Assembly: GCA_965153285.1 (NCBI GenBank)
Contig: OZ229123.1
Direction: 5' to 3' (one strand)
Length of the DNA: 64,000 nt
Origin: Podarcis tiliguerta
Taxonomy: Eukaryota
The notes under the pieces were generated by a model, which worked only from the letters and a program-made list of their open reading frames with translations, was not told the DNA's origin and did no database searches. Positions 24,570 to 35,689 of this stretch are shown here, in pieces; the first letter of the stretch is position 1; each line of letters starts with the position of its first letter. Position numbers and translations under genes: made by a program.

Positions 24570-27500
24570 GTAAGTGGGGCTCAGCATCCAGGAAAGCTTC
24601 CCCCAAGCCTGCCAGTGGACAGGGCAGTGGCGTAGCGTGGGGGGTGCAGGGGGGGCTGGGCGCACCGGGCGCAACATCTGGGGGTTAGGGGGCGCAAATC
24701 CACGGGTTAGGGGGCGCAAATCCACGGGTTAGGGGGCGCAAATTACTTGCTTTGCCCCGGGTGCTGACAACCCACGCTACGCCACTGGGACAGGGACAGC
24801 GAAGAGTCAGGCTGCTTTCAGCACAGTCCTGCTCAAGAACTTGGAATGTGGAGTCAGGGAGATGACTCCTTGGGTGGAATAAATAATGGCAACTTATAAT
24901 AGCAGCATTTAATTATTATTTGGAGTGCTCAGAGAGCTCCAAGTCACAGTTCCCCGCCCTGGTCTTTAAGATCCCCTAAAGCAGCCCTGCTGAGTGTGCA
25001 GCCCTCACCTGTAGAACTCCCTGCTTAGGGAGGCCTCTCCGGCCTCTTTGGGGAAACGAGTAAAATCATCTTTCAGGAGGGATTCTTCCTTCTCTTGAAA
25101 ATGCCCAAAGTAGGAATTGTTGCCCTGCAAACCTGTGACACAAGGGTGGCGGTTGCAGCTGTATTTTTGTTAACAATCTCTTTCGACTTGTTTGAGAATT
25201 GCCATGGTGGAATGTCATGTATTTTGTGTCTTGTGGTTTGTAAGACACTCTGAGAGTTTTGAATAATAATAATATTTCCATTGCAATTTGCATTGCATAG
25301 GATCATGCCCTGAGTGACTTGTACAATAAAATAGTAACAAATGTTAATCACCCCAGAAATATTGACAATAACCCTGCAAAGTAGGCTACTGTTAAATGTC
25401 CAGCTTGTGAACCTGATCCCTATGGGGCTTGTGTCATCTTGCAGCTGGACTATGGGAGTGGGTGGGGTGATTTTACATTCATCGAAAAGTGGCGTTTTAT
25501 GTTCTTGTTTGTTGGGTTGTCACAGTAAGTACAGTCCATCAATCCAATTTAAACATACCTAAGTACAGTCCATCAATCCAATTTAAACATACCTATTGAT
25601 ATAAGCAGATCTTATGCCCAAATAGATATCCAAGCAAGGTGGGTGATTATAAGACATACTGCCTAGTGTCAAAAGTGCAGGAAGATCTTTGGACTGTTGA
25701 GTGATGAGTGGCAGCTGTTTATCCTTCCCACTTTGAAGCACAAGTCTGCTTTAAAATAATCGTGTGTCAGTCTTGGTCCTTGAGCCCAGTGCTGGGCTGA
25801 GTGGATGCACCCAGATCCTGGCTATCTGATTTTAACAGCCCCCACCCCTACCCCCCGCGCTCACCTTGTAGCAAAAGATCTTGCCCCCTGTAATATAATA
25901 ATAATAATAATAATAATAATTTATTATTTGTACCCCGCCCATCTGGCTGGGTTTCCCCAGCCACTCTGGGCGGCTTCCATAGAAACAAAAAATACAGTAA
26001 AATATCACAGATTTAAAACTTCCCTGAACAGGGCTGCCTTAAGATGTCTTCTAAATGTTAGGTAGTTATTTATCGCTTTGACATCTGCTGGGAGGGCGTT
26101 CCACAGGGCGCCACTACCGAGAAGGCCCTCTGCCTGGTTCCCTGTAGCTTTGCTTCTCGCAATGAGAGAACCGCCAGAAGGCCCTCGGAGCTGGACCTCA
26201 GTGTCCGGGCAGAACGATGGGGGTGGAGACGCTCCTTCAGGTATACTGTAGCAACAAGATCCACTGTCTGTCTCCCGGTAGGTACAGTGCCATCAAGAAA
26301 CACCTGGCCGAGCTGGACAAAGAGACAGAGAACGCGCTGAAGTCCTTGTATGACTTTTCTGGAAGTAATATCAGGGAGCGTCGTGATGCTGGTGATCCTG
26401 AGCCAAGTGAGGACAGAAAATTCCACAGATACTTTCCCTTGACAAATTTAGACAACCTCACTCACCAGCAGCCTTTTCCAAATCCCTCCTCTGGTTTCAA
26501 ACGGCGCATGGAGGCCAACATAATTTCGGGCGGCTCCAGCATCGTCAGCGTCAAGAACCCTCAGGATATTGTGGGATTCCAACTGGTGAGTCGCCTTGCT
26601 CTGTGGCCTATGGGAGAACCCGATGCAGCTCTGTTGAGTCGGATGCCAGCCTTACATTTGGGGCTGGCAGGCTTGGCACAGGCAGGAAGGAACTCTAGGA
26701 GATGGGGAGCCCCATGCAGCGCCTCTGGGTCTTCTTCTGAATCATTTTCCATCCCCATGGCCACAGCCTTCCTCAACCCAGTGCCTTCCAGAGGTTTTGG
26801 ACTAGAGCTCCCATCAGTCCCGGCATGAAGCGGCCATGTGGTGCTGAGGCTGCTGGGAGATGTAGTCCATTTGGAGGGCAGTGGACAGGCTTGTGAGGTC
26901 AACAAGTGCTCTTTGCAGGCTCAGACCTGCACCTTGGATTGTGCCCAGAACTTCACCATAGGAAAAGGTGCCACTTGCCTCCTGAAATGCGGCTGGTGGC
27001 AGCCTATAGCCTGGAGTGAGTTGGGGGCTTTCCTGTTGTAGCCCCTGCTCAGCGGAAGCCCCTGCCAGGCAGCCTTGGTTGTTCTCCACTTTGGGCATCT
27101 CCAACTGAGGCAGAAAGCAGGTTATAAATCCTACTGCAAACAAATATAAATACTGTATACACATTAATTAGCTCAACAAACAAATGCGACAAGGTGTCCC
27201 TCCTGTCTCACAGTTGAATATGTCTTGCCTGCAGAGTTACGAGTCACTTGCAGTTCCAAGGCTGGATCAGAGAGATTTTCTCTCTCTTTCTGAACAATTA
27301 TTGTCATTTTATTTGTTGCATTGATATCCCACCCTTTTTGTCCAAAGTGTACGTGGTCCTCCCACTCCTCATTTAATGCCCAGAACAAACCTGCGAGGCA
27401 CGTTAGGCCAAGAGGCAGTGACTGGCCCATGGTCACACCTAGTGAGCTTCATGGCTGAGTGTCAGGATTTGAACCCTGGTCTCCCGGGTCCTAGGCCAAC

Positions 27501-30500
27501 ACCTTAACCACTGCACCACGCTATTCTGTGCTGAGCCACCTACCTATTTCCACACTGCAAGGCAGCGTATGCATCTGTGGGGCAGCCCCCCGGCCTGCCT
27601 GCTTGCCTGAGCCCCTGCTTTCTCTTCCTTCCAGTGTGACTCCCACAACAAGAGTGACTGTGCCCTTTACACCTTCAGTTCGGGTGTCAATGCCATCCAA
27701 GAGTGGTACAAGCTGCATTACATGAACATCATGGCCCAAATCAGTGCTGAAGAGAAAGTGAACATGAGCTACTCGGCAGAGGAGCTCATCTTGAGCTGCT
27801 TCTTTGACGGCCGTTCCTGCGATGCCAGGTCAGTCACTGGGAACAGAGCAGGGGGCAGAGCATGCTCCAGCAGCAGAGGTGGAACATATCTAATGCAAAT
27901 TAAAAGTGCTTTAGATATGGGAAGTTTAATAGGGGCTTTTCTCTAGCATCCTTGGGGAGGCCAGACAGAAGTGAGATACGCACCAAATTGGCCTTGTGCA
28001 GTTGGACAGGTGTTGAATGCAGAGCTCTCTGGCCTCACGTGTGTAGGGGAGGCGCTGATGGCACGAGCCGAATCCCAAGCCCACGGTCTTCCTCCGACCA
28101 TGGTTTTTTGCAGGTCTCCGCCTCGCCGTGGCTGTCAGACCCTTCTTTTCGGAGAGCGGTCTCCTCCGAGACGGAGGAAATCCGCCATTGCCCAGCGCGC
28201 CAATCCGGAAGCCCCCTGAATGCAGAGCTCTCTGGCCTCACGTGTGTCTTTTTAAAGACCACCTCTCAAGCCTTCACGGTTTGTGAAGGTCGGTGGCTGG
28301 AGCAGGTTTTAGCTGAGTTCTTTCGCTGGTGAACCTCTGAGTACAGAAGCCACGAGGGCAGTGCCCTTTCTGCAGCAGCGTCCAAAATGTGGTCTCACCC
28401 ATGAGCTTAGGACTGCAGATATGGATGTTTCTGCATGGCAACCCACCTGGTCTGCCTTGTGGTTTCCAGGTGGCAGCTTTACAGCCCACCCTCTGGGATC
28501 TGCCTCCCCAAAGCATCTGTTTCCCCATCAATCCGTGGGGAGAACAGGGCTGTTCAGGTTCGCAACTGGGTAGTGGTGAGTCATGCCAAAGATCTTGCCA
28601 TTGCAAGCGGAAGCCTAGTCGTCACTCGGCTCAACCCACCATTCCTGCTTAGCCACTTGTTGCATTAACCCATCCTTCCCCAATCTGGTGCTCGCCAGAT
28701 GTTCTCAGTGGGGACCATATACCCTTAAGATGTTGTTGTTGTTGTTACTCATTAAACTTATTAGTTTCTCTTTTTTTAACAGAATAACTCAAAGTGACTT
28801 AGAACAGCAAGAGAAATAAATAACACATACCAGTACATTATGTCAGGGATTCCTTTGTTGTGATTCCTCCATGGCAGAGGGTTGGACTAGATGTCCCCTG
28901 GGAGATCCTTCCAGCTCTACGATTATATGATTCTAAAATCAGCATAAAACAAAAACCTAAACCTCATTCATATTTTTAAAAGGCGGGACTGAAACATCCC
29001 ACCCACCAAAGGAGGCCACAGGTAATGAAAACCCAAAGGTCTAGCAAAATATAAATGTTTTTTGCCTGGCCCCAGGGTTAATTCTTGATGGTGCCAGGCA
29101 TTCTTCCCTGTGGAGCCATCACTGAGAGGGGCTGTTCTGGTGTCGACACCCTCCACACCTCCCCCAGAAAGATCCTTCTTTGCTGCCTCCCCATGACATT
29201 TTTTAAGAGTTGGGTATCATCCAAATAATTTCAAAACTAACTCTTTATCCTTGTCTGTTAGGAAGCTGAACAAAAGTCCCTGCAGAAACAGTTTATTTCT
29301 AATGAACTGCATGTTAATTGGGCAATTTAAGCTCTTTTGTTGAGTTTATCTACAGTAGGTGGGTCAAAGTGCTTTTAAAAAATAAATATGTCTTTGGTCG
29401 GCGCCAGGAACTTCACAACATTCCACCATCCGATGCACGGGAACTGCTATACCTTCAACAGTGGGCAGAACGGAAGCATCCTGAACACAACCACCGGAGG
29501 CAGTGAATACGGTAAGGGAGCCCTCCAGAGAGTTTGCCTGCTTGATCTCAGTTGTGAGTGGGTGTGGGTGGGCCTAGATTCTTGTCCTGAGCTCTGTAGC
29601 CACTATCCAGAGTGCTAAGAGAACATGTCCACTCAATCACTTCAACTAGCAGAACTGATCCTGTTACAGATGCCACCTAACACCCACTCCACATTTGCAA
29701 GAAATCAGCCTTTCCTTGTGGCAGCACCTACACTCTGGAAACTCCCTGCCTATTGATATCAGCCAGCCTTCGCTGTACTCTCGTTGGCACCTGCTAAAAC
29801 CAGTTTTGTTTAGGCAAGCCTACCCAGACATGTAGAATGTGGATGTATGTTTCAATCTGTTTTAGTTTATTGCTGTTTTTCTCTTTCAAATGTTGTCAAG
29901 AGTTACTTTTAGTGATAACTTTGTTGTTTTTTCTTCTTTGCAAACTGCTTTGAGGTGTGTGTGTGTGTGTGTGTGTTTTACAACCAAGCAGTGGATAAAT
30001 TTTATGGGGGAAAAACCTAACTAGCTAACTAAGAGAAGCCTACAAAGTCCCAGCTGCATCCAATCGCTGCTCCTCCCGCCCTGCCCCCTTCCTCCCCTCC
30101 ATGGATAGTCTTGCCTGACCTGAATCTTGCATGCAAGCCTCTTTTCCACTATTAAGATTTGACATTTGAAATATTACTTGTCTGGGTAGCTGGTCCCTAG
30201 TGGCCTGGTGTGAATCTGTATGTGTACCCCTACATCCTCCCCCCCTGAAAAAAGCACTGCTCTTGAGAGGCTTAAGTTCACAATTTTGCAAGCAAATACA
30301 CATTAGGGGATTTCCTGTACCAGTCGCTGCCACTTTAGCTGAGACCTTCTTGCTTGTAAAGGACCTCCTTTCCCCCTGGTAAATCTGCCCAGACCTGGAC
30401 ATCAACACCTGCCACCTCCGAGGGCGTTTCGGAGGGTGCTGATGAGAGAACAGGGCCTTCTCTGCTGTAGCTCCCTGTCTATTGAATGCTCCTTCAGGGA

Positions 30501-33500
30501 GGCTCGCCTGGGGCCAAACCTGCTATCATTGGTTCCAAATGTGCTTTATTTTTGCCAGGCATTGGGGCAGCATCACTGATACGATTCTACTGTTAGATCT
30601 GTTTTTATTAACATTTGCGTGATTTATTTATTTTTTTATCGTTTAAAGATTTCGATTATGAATTGCTTCAGGTCTTTTGTAGTGGAAAGCAACGTAGAAA
30701 TCTAATATACCCAGGTTTGTGGCTGACCACTGTTTTTTATTGCCAAGTAATTGCCTGGCTTTGCCCAAACTCAGCAGACTGATCTGTCTGCCTGCATTAC
30801 ATTTTTGGTTTTTACATTTTGATTTTTACATTTTGGTATGGCTAAATTTTTCGCTGCAATTTTTTTAAAAAAGATGCATTAGTTTATTTTGTTAGCTGCT
30901 TCAGGTGCTGCGCAGAGAAACAAAGGAGAGAACGGGAGACGCAATAGTTTAGCTGGCAAGTCTCATCCCGTGTGCCCTGACTTTTTTTTGGCCCCTGTCC
31001 CCACAGCACCTTCTCCTCCTCTTCCTCCGGAGCCTCTCTTGGTCCTGTACCTTCCACTAGACTGGCCTAATCCTGCGCTCCTTCCTTTACACAGGGCTGC
31101 AGGTGATCCTGTATATAAACGAAGCAGAGTACAACCCTTTCTTGGTGACGTCTACGGGAGCCAAGATAGTGATTCACGGCCAGGATGAATATCCCTTCAT
31201 CGAAGACGTCGGCACTGAGATAGAGACGGCCACAGCCACCTCCATCGGGATGCACTTTGTGAGTGGTGGTGCTGGAGCAGATGGGCAGCAGTCACCCTGG
31301 GCAGATTCTGCTCTCGGGTGCACAAGAAACCACCCTCCCAGCATACGGCTGCCCAGTGCTCAGAGCTTTCCAAACTTTTCATGTTGGTGACATGCTTTTT
31401 AGACATGCATCATTTTGCGACACAGTAGTGCAGTTTTACTAGCAAACCGGGAGGTTAAGCTAACCCCTTATAAGTGGTACGGACACATACATAAATTGTA
31501 ATACAGTGGTACCTCAGGTTAAGAACTTAATTCGTTCTGGAGGTCCATTCTTAATCTGAAACCATTCTTAACCTGAGGCACAATTTTAGCTAAGGGGGCC
31601 TCCCACAGCCACGGCACAATTTCTGTTCTCATCCTGAAGCAAAGTTCTTAACCTGAAGCACTATTTCTGGGTTAGCGGAGTCTGTAACCTGAAGCATCTG
31701 TAACCTGAAGCGCCTGTAAGCCGAGATACCACTGAGCTGACGTGCTAATGTGTCACCACACACACTTTGGAAAGCTCTGCCCTGGCTGGAGGCCGTTTTG
31801 GAGGAGACATTCTTTGCCATTTTCTTTGTCTTGTGTGGCTGTGACTAAGGGTCAGGGCTGCATTAAAAGGGGAAAAAAATCTGAACTTGCATGGCTGGGG
31901 GCTGGAGTCCAGCAATACCTGGAGTACCACAGATGTTCACTCCACCCCCAAAAGTGAAACTATGAAGTGTCTCCCCAATGAAAGATTAGATATACATAAG
32001 ACATTGTCAGGTCTTATGAGGGAGTTCATCCATACTTCAGGGGTACAACATCTGCTTCAATCCTGGCCATTGCCAAGTATTTTTTTTATTTATTACAGAT
32101 CTTTCAGGATGTAAATCCTGCCAAACCTCCTTTGGGATGCCAGGCCTGGCTTTGGCCTCTTGGGACAGTAACTCCTGATAGCACACAATAGAGTGCATCT
32201 GAGCATGTGCAAAGTGCCTTTCCAGCACCCACACATCTGGGATTAAAGGAAGAAGCACAAGCGCAACCCAGGATGCCTCTTCCCTGCCCCACACGCCCCT
32301 CTCCCATCACACACCCCACCTTGGCAAGCTCACGCCAACAGAGTTCTTCCTTTCTATCCCACAGACAAAGTCCAAAAGACTCGGCTATCCATACAGCAAC
32401 TGCAAAGAGGACGGGTCTGACGTCAATGTGAAGAAGCTATACAAGAACAAAACCTACTCTTTGCAGGTGAGGCATGTGCGGTGGCCGGGGTGTGGGACTG
32501 TGAGAAGTGATCCCATGCTCTTGCATCCCCCCAAGGGATACGGGGGGGGGGGTAAATTGCACCCAGGCAGCCTGGAGCCCCAGGACCTCTCTGCCTCATG
32601 GTTTCGCGCAGCCTGCACCAGCAACCGCTGGTGGAAATTGTAGTCCAAAATGACCATGCTGGCTGGGGGCTCATGGGAGTTGTAGTCAACAACATCTGGA
32701 GGGCACTGACAGACACCCTGCTTGATTTCTCCCCCTCGCAGACCTGCCTCCATTCCTGCTTCCAGAATGAGATGGTGAAAAAGTGCGGCTGTGCCCAGTA
32801 CGCCCAGCCCCTGCCCGATAATGCCGAGTTCTGCAACTACAAGAAATATCCAGACTGGAGTAAGTCTTTCCATCACTCCACCTGCCCGCTCTCCTCAGGA
32901 GCTGGGTCAAAGGGCCGCCTTCCCCTAGAGGGGGCTTAAGTTTCTCTGAGACGTCTCTTTCCAGGAATGCATCCCACTCTGCCTTGAGTCCAATGTGAGC
33001 TGTTTGTTGCCATCCATGATTTCAGGAGAAAACGCCCTTCCTTGGGAAGCCATAGCTCTGGGCCTAAACCAGAATTTAGGCAAGAAGAGGCTCCTGCTTC
33101 CCTCTCGCCTTCCGCACACATCTGCTTACATGGCCTGCTGCCAAGCTGCCCTTCATCATCCGTTGTCATCATCATGTTATTTGTATAGAATCATAGAATT
33201 GGAAGAGTTGGAAGGGGCCCCAAGGGCCACCCAGCGTTGTGCAGCGCAGGAATCATAGTTAAAGGATCCCTGACAGATGCCCATCCAACCTCTGCTTTCA
33301 AAACTCCAGTGAAGGAGAGCCCACCACCTTCTGATGCAGTGGTGAACTTTGGGCTTTCAAATTTCAGTGGCAATGCCAAAATTCAGTGCCCCCCCCCGCC
33401 TCTCTGCCATTGTTGCAGTGTCCTCTCAGCTCAGCACCCAGTGCAGGTGAACCAGTCACGCTCCCCTAAATCCGCCTCTGTCCGAAGGCGCTAAGAGCTG

Positions 33501-35635
33501 CCCCCTGTCGAACAGCTCTTAGTGCCAGAAGGTTCTTCCTGGTGTTTAGCTGGAATCTCCTTCTTTAGTTGAAATCTCCTTTGTTATGCCACCCTTCCAT
33601 GAAACGAATCGTGCCCAAAGCAGCTCTTCAAGCGGGAATTGCATCTCAGAAATCAGCCATCGCAGGAACAATTTCACAATAGCATCCTGAAACAACAACG
33701 TAACAGCAAATATAGCAACATACAAGAAAAACATTCACACCCACATTTCGGAGCTATAAATAAAGCCAGATTGCATTAACAAGATGACTCCGTTCTAGCC
33801 ATACCAAAGATAGCAAGGAGGTTGGACCCGTTTCTCTTGGGTCCCAGGAACACCCCCTCTCCTTGATGTTGCTCACAGTCCCCTTCCTGCAGCAGCTTCT
33901 CAGGAGGTTTCCAAAGGCAGGAGCCCCTTGCTCGTTCACAGCAGAAGGCAGGAGTGAAGGCCATGCTGTTGCCTTCTCCTTGCCCAAGATGCTTCCTCAA
34001 CAAAGTGGGAGCTTGTCCTGCGGTTGTCCTGAGACCTTTTTCCCCAGCCACGCTGGGATTTTGCAGGATTGGTGGAGGCTGCTGGGCTGCTCCTAACAGC
34101 CTCCCTTCTCTCTCTCCTCTTCCTCCAGTGTATTGCTACTACAAACAGCATGAAAAGTTTGTAAAGGAGCAGCTGGATTGCCAGGGGAGCTGCACAGAGG
34201 CCTGCAGGTAAGTTGTCCCCCCCCCCCACCATCCCTCTACCACCACCCCACAACTAGAATGCTCTAGGCTCCAGTTACACCAATGGCAACTTCCTGCATC
34301 CTTGACTTGGGTGGGTTTCCAAAGGGTGACAGGGCCGGGTCTTCTGCCATTGGGGTCTCCGGAGAAGCCATCAGGGTGCTGAGTCCTTCCCTCCCTGCTT
34401 GCTCAATGCCTGCCTTGCCTCCCCAGCTTGAAAGAGTGGACCCTCACCACCAGCCTTGCCCAGTGGCCTTCTTCAGCCTCCCAGGTGAGTGTCTCCCCCC
34501 CCCCCACAAGTCCTGTTTGCCTTGACCTCCCTTTGCCTAGGATGTGGTGCTCTTTCTGCACAAAAGAGGGCTGCCCCCTTTCCTCCTTCCTGTTCATTTT
34601 ATCCCTTGAAAACTTGGCTATAACATACCTGTCGACTGTCCCGGAAAAAGTGGGACACCCCGTTTTTTCTCTCACAAAAAGACAGTGACCAAAATGGCTG
34701 CCGCGATCTCACATGATTTTGGGCTGCACTTTTTCAGGCATGGTGCACGAAAGTAAATACTTTTGGTTACTGTTTCAAAAACAAAAACAACAAAAAAACA
34801 CTTTTGGGGGGGCATGAACAATGCAGGTCACGTGATTTGTGTGAGAGTGCGGCCTTGGAAGATGGTGTCTTGGTTTTTGGCCTGTTTGTATTGTAAGGAA
34901 TGCTATAAAGTTTTATAACAATAGATTGATCCAGGGGTTTGCAGTAGGTAACACCTCCTCAGCTTAATTGCTGATGGCGTTGCCATCATGCTTCAAGATA
35001 CAAAGAGTTGCCCTTCCACAAGTATGTTGAGAAAACTGGGATAAGTAACATCTAATTGGGTTTTTTTGAAAAATTCTTGATGTAATATAGAGCATTTTAT
35101 CCTAGTTACTCCTTGTTTCAGTCATAGGTTTCAGTCATAGGTTTGTGTTTCTGTATATCTTGCAAGTCAGGTGTGCCCCACCCCTTGTTCTCTCGTTTCT
35201 TATGACGGGACTTTTCACTTACCTTTCTGCATCTCATCGCGAGTATCCGGATAACGAGCTTTATAATTTCTTCTTGTGAATGTAACATCCCATGCCCGCC
35301 TGGGTTTGGTTTGGTTTTTACATATGTGTTTGTCTTGTGAAGTTCTATTCAATAAAAAATACTTTTTTAAAAAAAAGATCCAGAAGTTCTACTTCTGGAG
35401 GGAATTAATACTATAAATTATTTTGGGGTGGTGTCTTGTCTCCAAATTATTATTATTATTACTTATTATTATTATTATCCTATCAGACTGGGTGGCCCAA
35501 GCCAATCTGGATTCCTCCCAATACAATATTAAAAAATTATAAGATTAAAAACTTCCCTATATAAGGTTGCTTTCAGATGTCTTCTAAAAGTCAAATAGTT
35601 GTTTATTTCCGTGACCTCTGATGGGTGGGCATATA

Positions 35636-35689
<54 letters not shown>

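Noticed and set aside
24680-24745. Interstitial telomere or chromosome-fusion relic
   Set aside because: Single TTAGGG units inside a 22-bp repeat bounded by TIR and TSD; not a (TTAGGG)n array.
34930-35380. Possible L1/Tx1 3' end with AATAAA and A-rich tail in SCNN1G intron 10
   Set aside because: No convincing ORF2 peptide or TSD could be read, so it is too weak to call.
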